Counted from the first letter of the stretch, positions 48,382 through 58,689 are shown. The stretch is DNA of 64,000 bases from Alphaproteobacteria bacterium (GCA_963665325.3 OZ224045.1:224001-288000); one strand, 5' to 3'. Numbers and translations: made by a program. Notes: generated from the sequence alone by a model not told the origin.

Positions 48382-49944
48382 TCAGATCGGCAACATTTGC
48401 GGGCGCCGGCGGCGAACCCACAAAACGACCATCAGCCTCGTGACCCAGATCGCGGTGAACATGGAGGTCACGATGCCGATGGCCAGCGTAACGGCGAAGC
48501 CCTTGACCGGCCCGGAGCCGAACCAGAACAGGAGGGTCGCGGCAATCAGGGTTGTGAGGTTCGCGTCGATGATTGTCTTGAGCGCCCGGTCGTAGCCGGC
48601 GTCGATGGCTCCGATCACGCCGCGCCCGACCCTCGCTTCCTCGCGAATGCGCTCGAAGATCAGCACATTGGCATCCACCGCCATGCCGATGGTCAGCACG
48701 ATGCCGGCGATGCCGGGCAAAGTGAGCGTGGCCTGGAGCAGCGACAGCGCGCCGAAAATGAGCGCCATGTTGAACACCAGCGCGATGTTCGCCATGAGGC
48801 CGAAGAGGCCGTAGACCACGACCATGAAGACCAGCACGGCGACCATGCCGATGATGCTCGCCGCCTTGCCGGCGTCGATGGAGTCCTGCCCGAGGCCCGG
48901 GCCGACCGTGCGCTCCTCCAGATAGATCAGGGGCGCCGGCAGCGCGCCGGCGCGCAGCAGCAGCGCCAGGTTCTGCGCTTCGGTCAGTGAGAACGACCCG
49001 GAAATGATGCCCGATCCGCCGAGGATCGGCTCGTTGATTCTGGGCGCGCTGATGACCTCGTTGTCGAGCACGATCGCCAGGGGCCGCCCCACATGCTCGC
49101 CCGTGGTGCGGCCGAACTGCCGCGCGCCGACCGAGTCGAAGCGGAAGCTAACCACCGGCTGCCCGTCCTGGAAGGTCTGCTGGGCATCGACCAGGCGCTC
49201 GCCCGAAACGCGCACCCGCTTTTCGACGAGATAATCGATCACCTGCCCGACCGGGTCCGTGCCCTTGAGCCAGCGCGCGCCGGGCGGCGCCGCGGCGGTC
49301 GGGTCCGCATTCCTCTGGTCCAGAAGATGGAAGGTGAGCTTGGCAGTCTGGGTGAGAAGCTCCTTGATGGCGTCCGGATCGTCCACGCCCGGAAGCTGCA
49401 CGATGATGCGGTCTGCGCCGTGGCGCTGGATCGTCGGTTCCCTGAGCCCGAGCTCGTTCAGCCGGATACGCAGGATTTCCAGCGTCTGCTCGACGGCCGC
49501 ACTCTCGACGTCGACGACCACTTCCGGGGGATATTCCAGCCGCGCGGCCCCGCTGTCGTCGATTTCGACTAGCACGAGGCTGTCCCGCTCGGCGATCAGG
49601 CGCCGCGCGCTTTCGATGTCCCTCACGTCGCGCAATGAGAACACAACGGCGTTGCCCCGCACTCCGAGGCCCCGATAGCCGATCCGGACATCGCGCAGGC
49701 CGCGGCGGACGTTATCCTCCACCGCCTCGAGGCGTTCCTGCATCACGGCGCTCGTCTGCACCTCGATCAGCAGGTGCGCGCCGCCTTGCAGGTCAAGCCC
49801 GAGATTGACGGTCTTGTGCGGTATCCAGCTCGGCAGGTCCGTTCCGAGATTGTCCGACCGCCAGAAATTCGGCGATGCGTAGATCAGGCCGAGCGCGCAA
49901 ATCGCCAGGATGACGACGATCTTCCACCTGGCGAAATAGAGCAT
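48382..49944 (-). CDS. secD: Protein translocase subunit SecD
   Basis: LGLDLQGG, LRAGALPAP, GMAVDANVLIFERIREE. Confidence 0.96.
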   Translation of the reverse strand: MLYFARWKIVVILAICALGLIYASPNFWRSDNLGTDLPSWIPHKTVNLGLDLQGGAHLLIEVQTSAVMQERLEAVEDNVRRGLRDVRIGYRGLGVRGNAVVFSLRDVRDIESARRLIAERDSLVLVEIDDSGAARLEYPPEVVVDVESAAVEQTLEILRIRLNELGLREPTIQRHGADRIIVQLPGVDDPDAIKELLTQTAKLTFHLLDQRNADPTAAAPPGARWLKGTDPVGQVIDYLVEKRVRVSGERLVDAQQTFQDGQPVVSFRFDSVGARQFGRTTGEHVGRPLAIVLDNEVISAPRINEPILGGSGIISGSFSLTEAQNLALLLRAGALPAPLIYLEERTVGPGLGQDSIDAGKAASIIGMVAVLVFMVVVYGLFGLMANIALVFNMALIFGALSLLQATLTLPGIAGIVLTIGMAVDANVLIFERIREEARVGRGVIGAIDAGYDRALKTIIDANLTTLIAATLLFWFGSGPVKGFAVTLAIGIVTSMFTAIWVTRLMVVLWVRRRRPQMLPI

Positions 49945-49950
49945 TGCCGG

Positions 49951-50340
49951 TTAGTTGCCCCTGCGGCCGAACAGTCCGCCGAGGAGGCTGCCGCCCCCTA
50001 CCGGGCCAGCCGGCGCAGCTGCCTGGCCCGGCTGGGGTTTGGACAGCACATCGGTAATCTGCGAACGAACCATGCGTACTCGCACGCCTTCCGCAATCTC
50101 CACCAGCACTTCGTGCTCGTTGCTTACCCGAGCGACCACGCCCATGATTCCGCCGGCTGTCACCACCTTGTCACCGCGCTTGAGCGCCGCCACCAGTTCG
50201 CGATGCGCCTTGGCCTTCTTCTGCTGCGGGCGGATCAGCAGGAAGTAGAACACGACGAAGATGAGGATGATCGGCAACAGGCCGGTCAGCATGTCGCCGC
50301 CGCCCCCGCCTGACTGTGCGTAGGCCGGTGAGATCAGCAT
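49951..50340 (-). CDS. yajC: Preprotein translocase subunit YajC
   Basis: FYFLLIRPQQK, GDKVVTAGG. Confidence 0.95.
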   Translation of the reverse strand: MLISPAYAQSGGGGGDMLTGLLPIILIFVVFYFLLIRPQQKKAKAHRELVAALKRGDKVVTAGGIMGVVARVSNEHEVLVEIAEGVRVRMVRSQITDVLSKPQPGQAAAPAGPVGGGSLLGGLFGRRGN

Positions 50341-50409
50341 GGGAAGGCCCCTCCGAAAGGACGCGCGACTATAGCCGCCGATGCCGTCCGCGCAAGCGCC
50401 GTTGCCCGG

Positions 50410-51216
50410 TCACGCCGAGGGCTCGGCGCCGAGGTCGAACACGATGCCTTCGAGGTCGGCGCTCGGGGCGGGGTATCGGGCCGTCACGAGCTGGTCATGG
50501 CCGGGAACCAGCCGGTCGAGCGAGCCTGCGAGCGCAAGGCAGCGGCGGTAGCCTTCGACCATCTTCGCCAGGTCGTAGAAGATCGCGAAGGGCCGCTCGT
50601 CGGTCACTTCCTCGAACAGGTGGACCGCGTCCGAGGCAAGCAGTATCCAGCCCCGCCTGCTGTGGACGCGCAGCACGGTCTGGCCGCGCGCATGCCCGCC
50701 GATCAGGTGCGATTCGAGGCCGGGCGCGATTTCCACGACCTGCTCGGTATCGAAGCGCAGCCTGTCCTCATAGACGAGCTGCACCAGGGCCTGGGTGTCG
50801 CGCAGATGGTAGGCGTGGCGAAAGGCCGGATGCGTCATGTCGGGACCGGTGATGGATGCCATTTCCTCGGCATGCATACGGAACGACGCGGCCGGATAGT
50901 CGGCGAGATTGCCGACATGGTCGAAATGCGCGTGGGTCAGCAGTACGTCGGTCGCCGTCTTCGCTTCAACACCGAGTCGGCCGAGAACCGCCGCCGGGTC
51001 GTGCAGATGCATGCGGCCGCCCTCGCCGGAAATGTCGGACTTGAAGCCGGTGTCCACGATCCAGGTGCGCCCGGCCCCCGTTATGACATAGGTGAAGAAG
51101 TCGAGGCCCGGGATCATCTTCGCCGGGTCGCCGCCCATGAAAGTCGAACCTTCCGGGCGCTCTTTCTGCTCGCCATAGCGGATTGCAAGGACATCGTAGG
51201 ACGGCAGGCCATTCAT
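50410..51216 (-). CDS. MBL-fold hydrolase, N-acyl homoserine lactonase family
   Basis: VDTG, THAHFDHVG, GGHARG, LASDA, PGHD. Confidence 0.82.
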   Translation of the reverse strand: MNGLPSYDVLAIRYGEQKERPEGSTFMGGDPAKMIPGLDFFTYVITGAGRTWIVDTGFKSDISGEGGRMHLHDPAAVLGRLGVEAKTATDVLLTHAHFDHVGNLADYPAASFRMHAEEMASITGPDMTHPAFRHAYHLRDTQALVQLVYEDRLRFDTEQVVEIAPGLESHLIGGHARGQTVLRVHSRRGWILLASDAVHLFEEVTDERPFAIFYDLAKMVEGYRRCLALAGSLDRLVPGHDQLVTARYPAPSADLEGIVFDLGAEPSA

Positions 51217-51255
51217 GCGGGGACTCTCCGATGCTGCTAATGTGCCGCCGCTCCT

Positions 51256-52092
51256 GTGGAGGACGGCTTCCTGGCGCCCAGTCTAGCACCGACGGTCAGC
51301 ATTCTGGTCCCGTGTTTCGAGGCTGCCGCAACGATCGGCAAGGCCGTCGAAAGCGCGCTTGCCCAGACGTTCGACGACATCGAGGTGATCCTCGCCTCCG
51401 ACGACGGCGAGGACTATGCGGCCATGCTCGGCTGCGCCGACCCACGTGTAAGGCAGGTCTCCACCGGGCGGATCGGCAGCGGCGACGGGCCGGCGCGAAA
51501 TGTCGCGCTCGGTGCGGCCCGCGGGCGTTTCGTCGCCAATCTCGATGCCGACGACACCATACGACCGGAACGCCTCGCCCATATGCTGCCCTATGCGGAG
51601 CGATACGGCGCGGCGATAGACAACACGGCGCTCTGGATCGACGGCAGCTTGACCAAGACGGCGTTCCCGCCGGCCCCGGCCGACTTCCGGTTGACTGCGG
51701 AGGCGATCCTCGGTCCCCGCCTGCCGATGAATGCACTCCTGCGGCGCAACCTCGCGGGCGAGGGGTGGCCCGCATTCGATTTCTGCAGCGATGTCGTGTT
51801 CAACCTCGAAGTGCTGAGCCGGTGCCCGGATTTCCGGGGCCTTGCCCGCAGCGGTTACGACTATGTCAAGCGGGACGGCTCGATCACGCAGTCGCCGGAT
51901 ACGGCCGATAGGGCGGCGCGGGGCTATGCGGCGATTATCGCCGCCATCGACGCCGGCGAACTCGATCTCACTCCCGAAGTCGCAGCGGCAGCGCGGGAAG
52001 AATTCGCCGCAAACGCCCGCGCCAACGAGGCGTTCCGGGCCGCTCACAGGTCCGGCGCTGTCGAGAACCTGGAAGCCTGGCTCGCATCGTGA
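51256..52092 (+). CDS. Glycosyltransferase family 2
   Basis: VSILVPCF, ASDDG, ARNVAL, LDADD. Start uncertain. Confidence 0.85.
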   Translation: MEDGFLAPSLAPTVSILVPCFEAAATIGKAVESALAQTFDDIEVILASDDGEDYAAMLGCADPRVRQVSTGRIGSGDGPARNVALGAARGRFVANLDADDTIRPERLAHMLPYAERYGAAIDNTALWIDGSLTKTAFPPAPADFRLTAEAILGPRLPMNALLRRNLAGEGWPAFDFCSDVVFNLEVLSRCPDFRGLARSGYDYVKRDGSITQSPDTADRAARGYAAIIAAIDAGELDLTPEVAAAAREEFAANARANEAFRAAHRSGAVENLEAWLAS

Positions 52093-52823
52093 CGGTCGTA
52101 CTCGTTACCGGCGCAGCACGGCGCATCGGTCGCCATCTGGCGCTCGCCTTCGGCCGCTCGGGCTGTTCCGTTGGCGTTCACTACAATGGCTCGCAGAGCG
52201 AGGCCGAGACGCTTGCAAAGCGAATCGAGCATGCCGCCCTGCTGCCCGCCGATCTTGCGGAGTGGGACGCAGCGGAAGCCCTGATTGCCGGTTGCGAAGC
52301 CGATCTGGGGCCCGTCGATGTTCTCATCAACTGCGCTTCCACCTTCGAGTATGACGACATGGAAACGCTGGAAGCCGGAACCTGGGACCGCAATATGGCG
52401 GTCAATCTGGCGGCCCCGGTGAATCTAATCCGGGCCGTCGCCGCCCGCGGGCGTCCGGCCGTCGCCGTCAATTTTCTGGATTTCAAGGTCTGGCGGCCGA
52501 GTGCGTCCTTTCTCTCCTATACGCTGGCTAAGACCGCGCTGCAGAACGCCACGACGATGCTGGCACAGGCGCTGGCGCCGACCGTGCGGGTCAATGCGGT
52601 CGCTCCCGGCGTCGTGCTGCCCAGTGGCGGCCAGAGCGCCGACGAATACCGGGCGGTCGTCAGCTCTACCCTCCTGGAGCGAGAGATCGCGCTGGACGAC
52701 CTGTTCCGGGCGGTGCGTTACCTGGTCGAAACGGAGAGCATTACGGGCGAGACGCTCTATGTTGACGCCGGATTCCGCTTTCAGGACTATGAGGACGTCG
52801 AGACGGCGATGATCGAAGAATGA
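52089..52823 (+). CDS. Pteridine reductase/FolM-like SDR
   Basis: TGAARRIG, VHYNGS, NCASTF, YTLAK, RVNAVAPG; adjacent to folB. Confidence 0.8.
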   Translation: MTVVLVTGAARRIGRHLALAFGRSGCSVGVHYNGSQSEAETLAKRIEHAALLPADLAEWDAAEALIAGCEADLGPVDVLINCASTFEYDDMETLEAGTWDRNMAVNLAAPVNLIRAVAARGRPAVAVNFLDFKVWRPSASFLSYTLAKTALQNATTMLAQALAPTVRVNAVAPGVVLPSGGQSADEYRAVVSSTLLEREIALDDLFRAVRYLVETESITGETLYVDAGFRFQDYEDVETAMIEE

Positions 52824-53185
52824 CGCGGACTTGGCAGCGAGTTGCCCTCGAAGATGTTGCCGTCGAGGCCAAAGTCGGGGTTGCGGATTGGGAACGTCAT
52901 CCCGACAGGCGTCAGCGCCTGCTCGTCGATGTCGAGATGACCCGGCCCGAATGGGAGATGGCCCGCAGCCTCGACGACTGCATCGACTATGACCGTGTCT
53001 ATGCGTACGTGACCTCGGAGTGGCCGAACCGCCCGCATACCGACCTGCTTGAAACGCTGGTGGACGAGCTTCTGGAACTGTGCCTGCAGGACCCGAAGGT
53101 AGCGTGGTGCCGGGTTCGGGTGCGCAAGCCGGATGTCTATAACGGCCGGGCCGTGCCGGTCGTCGAGGCGGCGCGCGAAAGATGA
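52820..53185 (+). CDS. folB: Dihydroneopterin aldolase family
   Basis: VGVADWER...QRLLVDV, IDYD, LLETL, VRVRKPD. Confidence 0.82.
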   Translation: MTRTWQRVALEDVAVEAKVGVADWERHPDRRQRLLVDVEMTRPEWEMARSLDDCIDYDRVYAYVTSEWPNRPHTDLLETLVDELLELCLQDPKVAWCRVRVRKPDVYNGRAVPVVEAARER

Positions 53186-54726
53186 CGGCCGGCGCGGTGC
53201 AGGCCGCCCGCACCCTTCCCGGCCTGCTGGATGCGCTTGCGGAAAGCGCTCCGGAGCACGAATTCCTGGTCTATGGCGGCGAACGCTGGAGCTACGCGGC
53301 CTTTCGCGACGAGACCGCCCGACTTGCCGCCGGCCTTGCATCCTTGGGAATCGGACGCGGCGACAATGTCGGGCTGTTGATGGGCAATCGTGCCGAGTGG
53401 CTCACCACAATGTTCGCCGCGCTCTCGCTGGGCGCGCGCGTGGTCGCGGTCAACACCTGGTTTCGCGCCCGCGAACTTCGCCATGTGCTCGCCAAGGCGG
53501 ACATCGCGCTGCTGGTCGCCGCAGACCGCTATCTGGGGCAGGACTACCTGTCGCTGCTCCGCGAAGCCGAAGCGTTTCGGAAGGTCGGAACCGTTGTCAT
53601 TCTGGGCGAGACGCCGCCCGACGCCTTACCCTTCGCCCGCCTCCGCGGCAGTCCCGGCGCCTTTCCCGGTCCGGACCCCGACGACACGGCGCTGATCCTG
53701 TTTACTTCAGGCACGACCGCCATGCCGAAAGGCGCGCAGCTCACTCATCGCGGCATCGTGGAGAACATGCGAGCCATCGGCGAGCGGATGCGGCTCGAAC
53801 CGCAAGACCGGGTGTGGCTCGCGATCAACCTCTTCTGGAGCTTCGCTGCGGCCAACGCGCTCGGCGCCGCACTCACCCACGGGGCGACGATCGTCCTCCA
53901 GCATGCTTTCGAGCCCGGCGAGGCGATGGCGTTGATCGAGCGGGAGCGATGTTCGGTCTTTTACGGCCTGCCCAACATGGCGCATGCGATGTGGGAACAT
54001 CCGGACCGTCCGTCACGCGACCTTTCGTCCTTGCGAACCGGGCTTTCCATCGGCACGCCAAGCGAGATGGCGCTGATCGAACGGCTCGGGGTCGAGCGAA
54101 TCCTTCAGGTTTACGGCCTGACGGAAGCCTATGGGAACTCGGCGGTTTGCGATTACGACGACCCGGTCGAAGTCCGTCACACGACATGCGGTCGGCCGCT
54201 GCCCGGTCAGGACTTCCGCCTTGTCGATCCCGAGACCGGTCTGGACGGCGACCGGGGCGAAATCTGGCTGCGCGGTCGAAATATGCCGGGATACTACAAC
54301 GACCCGGAACGCAATGCCGAAATCTTCGCCGCGGACGGCTGGATGAAGACCGGGGACCTCGCCGCCTGGGACGATGGCGGCCGGCTGCTATTCCAGGGGC
54401 GTCTCAAGGAAATGCTGAAATCGGGCGGTATCAACATCGCGCCGCGCGAAATCGAGATGTTCCTGCAGGACCAGCCGGGCGTCGCGGAGGCGTATATCGT
54501 CGGCCTGCCGGACACCGCGAAGGGGGAGGTACCCGTGGCGGTCGTGGTCGCCGAACCCGGCGCGTCGCCGGACGCCGAAACGCTAAGGCGGGCCTGCCGG
54601 GCGGAACTCGCCGCCTACAAGACGCCGCAGCGCATCGAGATCGTCGAGCGAGCAGCCCTGCCGGTCACGGCGACCGGCAAGGTCCGAAAGCTCGAACTCG
54701 CAGAACGGCTGGCTCAGCCGTCGTAG
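53182..54726 (+). CDS. AMP-binding acyl-CoA synthetase family
   Basis: FTSGTTAMPKG, YGLTE, TGD, GRLKEMLKSGG, TGKV. Confidence 0.9.
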   Translation: MTAGAVQAARTLPGLLDALAESAPEHEFLVYGGERWSYAAFRDETARLAAGLASLGIGRGDNVGLLMGNRAEWLTTMFAALSLGARVVAVNTWFRARELRHVLAKADIALLVAADRYLGQDYLSLLREAEAFRKVGTVVILGETPPDALPFARLRGSPGAFPGPDPDDTALILFTSGTTAMPKGAQLTHRGIVENMRAIGERMRLEPQDRVWLAINLFWSFAAANALGAALTHGATIVLQHAFEPGEAMALIERERCSVFYGLPNMAHAMWEHPDRPSRDLSSLRTGLSIGTPSEMALIERLGVERILQVYGLTEAYGNSAVCDYDDPVEVRHTTCGRPLPGQDFRLVDPETGLDGDRGEIWLRGRNMPGYYNDPERNAEIFAADGWMKTGDLAAWDDGGRLLFQGRLKEMLKSGGINIAPREIEMFLQDQPGVAEAYIVGLPDTAKGEVPVAVVVAEPGASPDAETLRRACRAELAAYKTPQRIEIVERAALPVTATGKVRKLELAERLAQPS

Positions 54727-54738
54727 TCCATCCTGTCC

Positions 54739-55620
54739 TCAGGATCGCGGCAATCCGCGCAGCCAGTCCGAGAGCGCCTTGCCGATCTCGTCGGGGGAGT
54801 CTTCCTGGATGAAGTGGCTTCCCTTGACCTTTGCTACGGTCTGGTTCGGCCAGCCGAGGCAAAAGTCGCGCTGCGGGCCCGTTAGGATGGCTCCGGGTTC
54901 GGCATCGATGAACAGCTTGGCGACATCCGAGGCCGCCAGCCATTCCGAATAGGCGCGGACGATCTCCACCACGTCTTCCGGTTCCCCAGAGATGGGAATC
55001 TCGCGCGGCCAGGTCAGGGTTGGGCGGCGGTCCTCGCCCGGCGTCGCGAAAGGCCGGCGGTAAACCACCATTTCCTCCTCGGACATCTTCCGCAGGATGG
55101 AACTCGGGAGCACACGCTCGACGAACACGTTCTTCTCCAGCACCATCCCTTCGCCAGCCGGCGAGCGGAAGCCCTGGAACACGGCCTTCGCCGCTTCCGG
55201 CCATTCCTCCCAAGTCACCGGCCGTACGAGCGCCTCCATGTAGCAGAAGCCCCGCACCCGGTCGCGGTGCCGGTTGCCCCAGTCGAAACCGAGCGCCGAA
55301 CCCCAGTCGTGGATGACGAAAACGGCATTGCCTCCGAGGCCGACGGCATCGAGGAATCCGTCCAGATATTCGCGGTGTTCCACGAAGCGGTAGCTGCCGG
55401 GCCCGGGATCGTCGAGCTTGTCGCTGTCGCCCATGCCGATCAGGTCCGGCGCCAGACACCGGGCCTGCCCTGCAACATGCGGCATGATGTTGCGCCAGAG
55501 GTAGGACGATGTCGGATTGCCGTGCAGGAACACGACCGGGTCGCCCTCCCCCATCTCGACATAGGCCATCCGCTTGCCCTTCACCTCGACAAAGGACTTC
55601 GGCAGTTCGGCTGCATTCAT
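54739..55620 (-). CDS. Haloalkane dehalogenase (LinB/DhaA-type)
   Basis: [23 protein letters not shown] nucleophile, WPREIP, HFIQED. Confidence 0.9.
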   Translation of the reverse strand: MNAAELPKSFVEVKGKRMAYVEMGEGDPVVFLHGNPTSSYLWRNIMPHVAGQARCLAPDLIGMGDSDKLDDPGPGSYRFVEHREYLDGFLDAVGLGGNAVFVIHDWGSALGFDWGNRHRDRVRGFCYMEALVRPVTWEEWPEAAKAVFQGFRSPAGEGMVLEKNVFVERVLPSSILRKMSEEEMVVYRRPFATPGEDRRPTLTWPREIPISGEPEDVVEIVRAYSEWLAASDVAKLFIDAEPGAILTGPQRDFCLGWPNQTVAKVKGSHFIQEDSPDEIGKALSDWLRGLPRS

Positions 55621-55626
55621 GGACGG

Positions 55627-56415
55627 CTATTTCCCGGTAAAGTTCGGTTTGCGTTTCTCGGCGAAGGCCCCTACGCCCTCGCGCCCGTCAGCACTGGCAG
55701 CGCGGGCGGCGATGGAACGGGACTCCAGCTCCATCTGCGTTTCGAGACCGTTCTGGAAGCTCTCCATCATCAACCGCTTGACCATGCCATAGGCTCCTGT
55801 CGGTCCTTCGGCGAAGGCGCGCGCCTGCTTTTCCGCCTCCACCATCAACTCGCCGTCCGGAACCACGCGATCGACGATGCCGAGTGCCATGGCTTCGGCG
55901 GCGCTCAGCAGCCTGTTCGTGAGCGCCAGTTCCTTCGCACGGCGGAAACCCGCCAGCCGGGGCAGGAACCAGGTCGAGCTGCCGTCCGGCGACAGTGCGG
56001 CCGCGGTATAGGCCATGGTGAACCTGGCGCCCTCGCCCGCGAAGACGACGTCTCCCGTCATCGCGAGCGACATCCCGCCGCCGGCCGCCATACCGTTGAC
56101 AGCGATGACCACCGGGGCATCCATCCGGTTCATCACGGCAATGCCGGTATGAAGGCTCGTGGTCATCTCGGCCAGCACCGACTCGACCTTGTCGCCCGCC
56201 TGCAGGAAGAACTTGAGGTCGCCGCCCGCGCTGAACATCTTGCCGGCACCGGTCATCAGCACGGCCCGCACCGCCTTGTTCTTGTCGCAGTCGATCATGA
56301 TGCGGTGGAACGCCCGGACGAACTCCAGGTCGAAGGCATTGGCGGCGTCGGGGCGATTGAGCGTCACATAAGCGAGGCCGTCGCGGACTTCGTAGAGGAT
56401 CGAATCTTCGGACAT
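55627..56415 (-). CDS. Enoyl-CoA hydratase/isomerase family
   Basis: LNRPDAANAF, FSAGGDL, AVNGMAAGGG, LSPDG. Start set at ATG 56415. Confidence 0.9.
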   Translation of the reverse strand: MSEDSILYEVRDGLAYVTLNRPDAANAFDLEFVRAFHRIMIDCDKNKAVRAVLMTGAGKMFSAGGDLKFFLQAGDKVESVLAEMTTSLHTGIAVMNRMDAPVVIAVNGMAAGGGMSLAMTGDVVFAGEGARFTMAYTAAALSPDGSSTWFLPRLAGFRRAKELALTNRLLSAAEAMALGIVDRVVPDGELMVEAEKQARAFAEGPTGAYGMVKRLMMESFQNGLETQMELESRSIAARAASADGREGVGAFAEKRKPNFTGK

Positions 56416-56422
56416 CGCGCGA

Positions 56423-57403
56423 TTACTCCACCAGCAGGACCGTCGAACCGGTCGTCTTGCGTCCTTCCAGGTCCTCATGCGCTTTCCTGGCGTCGGCGAG
56501 CGCATAGGTCTGGTTGACCTCGATCCTGACCTTGCCCGACTCCACCATCGCGAACAGCGCCCCGGCCGAGTCCTGTACTTCCTGCTGCGTCACGGCGTAA
56601 TTGGCCAGGGACGGACGAGTGACATAGAGCGAGCCCTTGGCTCCGAGAACGCCGGGCGCGAAGGGCTCGGCCGGGCCGGAGGCATTGCCGAAGGAGACCA
56701 TCAGGCCGCGCGGGGCCAGACAATCCAGCGATTCGTCCCAGGTGGACTTGCCGACGCTGTCATAGACCACCGGAACGCCCGCGCCGCCGGTCAGCTCGCG
56801 CACCTGCCGGGCTATGCCGCCTTCCTTGTAGTCGATCATGTGGTCGTAACCGTAACCGCCTGCGAGCGCGCATTTCTCGGGCCCGCCCGCCGTGCCGATG
56901 ACGGTGGCGCCGAGCGCCTTTGCCCACTGTCCGGCAATCAGGCCGACACCGCCGGCCGCCGCGTGGAACAGGATGGTCTGTCCCGCGCTCACCTCAAAGG
57001 TACGATTCAACAGATATTCCACCGTCATGCCCTTGAGCATCATGGCGGCGGCCTGCTTGTCATCGATCCCGTCGGGCAGCTTCACCAGGCGGTCGGCAGG
57101 CATGATGCGCGCCTCGGAGTAAGAGCCCGGCGGGCCCATGGCGTAGGCGGCGCGGTCTCCCGGCCGGATATGTTCGACGCCTGCGCCGACCGCCTCGACA
57201 ACGCCTGCGCCCTCGGTGCCGATGCCGCTCGGCATGGGCAGTTCATACAGCCCGGAGCGGTGGTAGGTGTCGATGTAGTTCAAGCCGATGGCCGTTTGAC
57301 GAATCAGGGCTTGGCCGGGTCCGGGGTCGCCCACCGTTACCGTGCGAAGTTCCATCGCCGATGGCGGACCCGGCCTATCGATCTGGATGGCTTTGACCTG
57401 CAT
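56423..57403 (-). CDS. qor: NADPH:quinone oxidoreductase (zeta-crystallin/Qor)
   Basis: GLNYIDTYHRSG, HAAAGGVG, VYDSVG, GSLYVTRP, TTGS. Confidence 0.9.
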   Translation of the reverse strand: MQVKAIQIDRPGPPSAMELRTVTVGDPGPGQALIRQTAIGLNYIDTYHRSGLYELPMPSGIGTEGAGVVEAVGAGVEHIRPGDRAAYAMGPPGSYSEARIMPADRLVKLPDGIDDKQAAAMMLKGMTVEYLLNRTFEVSAGQTILFHAAAGGVGLIAGQWAKALGATVIGTAGGPEKCALAGGYGYDHMIDYKEGGIARQVRELTGGAGVPVVYDSVGKSTWDESLDCLAPRGLMVSFGNASGPAEPFAPGVLGAKGSLYVTRPSLANYAVTQQEVQDSAGALFAMVESGKVRIEVNQTYALADARKAHEDLEGRKTTGSTVLLVE

Positions 57404-57471
57404 CTTGCCTCACTTTATGTAGCGTCTTCCCGTTGTTTCGCGCATCGCCGCAGATTCCGCAAGGAGCGTCC

Positions 57472-58689
57472 ATGACCCGTTACGCCGACATGCCGGAAGG
57501 AATGGCCAAGCATCTGGCCCGTCTGTCGCTGCCTGAAATCGAGGGCGGCGCGTTCGTGTCCGGGCCGCCGCTCGCCGAACGCCGGATCGCTGTCGTTTCC
57601 TCCGCCGGCCTCGGCAGGCGAGGCGACCGGCCATTCGGTCCGGGAGCCGTCGACTACAGGGTGCTCCCGTCAGATACCGACGCGAACGACATCCTGATGA
57701 GCCATATCTCAGTCAACTACGACCGGACCGGCTTCCAGCAGGACCTCAACATCGTCTATCCAGTGGAGCGGCTGAAGGAAATGGCCGCCGGCGGCGAGAT
57801 CGGCGGCGTTGCAGCCCACCATTACTCCTTCATGGGCGCCAGCGATCCTGTGCCGATGCAACCCTTTGCCGAGGATGTTGCGGCCGCCATGCAGGCCGAA
57901 GGCGTCGACACCGCGCTTCTGGTCCCCGTCTGACCGAACTGCACGCGCGCCGTGTGCGCGCTCGCCCACTATCTGGAACGCAAGGGCATCGCGACCGTGG
58001 TTGTGGCCCTCGTGCATGAACATGCCGAGGCGATCGCCAATCCCCGCACGCTGTCCGTGCCCTTCGAGCTCGGCCGGCCCCTCGGAGTTCCCGACAATCC
58101 GGAATTCCAGCTTCGGGTGTTGCGCGCTGCGCTTGCACTGCTCGACCGGCCGGCCGGCCCCGTGCTGGAAGAGTTTCCCGATCCGGCGCCGCAGCCTGCG
58201 GATTACGATGGCTGGGCCTGTCCAATAGCCCTTCCCCGGCCCGAGACGGTCCCGGAAAACGGCCACAAGCGGCTTGTCGCGGAGGAAGTCGCGCGTCTGC
58301 GGCCCTGGTGGGACCTGGCAAAGGAGCGGCGCGGGCGCACCACCGTCGGCGCCAGCGGCTATGACATCGAGGAGGCAGCCCGGATGGTCTGTCGCTACGC
58401 GGATGGCGGCAAACCGGACGATCCGGGAGTGGAACGCAAATTGTCGCTCTCGCTGAAACTCGCTTGCGACGACCTGATGGCCTTCTACACGGAAGCCGCA
58501 ACGGCGCAGCCCGGAGGGGCCGGCTCGCAAGACCTCTCCGACTGGTTCTGGGGCGAAACGGCAGCTGGCAAGGCGCTGCTTGCGTTGCGCGAGCGGGCGG
58601 GCGGCGAAGAGGACAAAGGCATGAAACTGGTCGGCAGTCTGCTCATCCTGCCGAGAAATCAGGCGCACCGCGCAAGGGCCTCGAAATAG
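57472..58689 (+). CDS. GrdB/PrdB-family selenoprotein (Sec at TGA 57931-57933) with a C-terminal extension; 405 aa
   Basis: Track ORFs 57433..57933 and 57952..58689 are in frame. Read-through gives DTALLVPV-U-PNCTRAV. Family motifs VSSAG, DLNIVYP, YSFMG, PFELGRPLG. Hairpin at 57944-57960. Confidence 0.87.
57944..57960 (+). promoter_or_regulatory. Putative bacterial SECIS hairpin
   Basis: CGCGCGC-cgt-GTGCGCG, starting 10 nt after the TGA. An alternative pairing of 57941-57957 is also possible. Confidence 0.55.
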
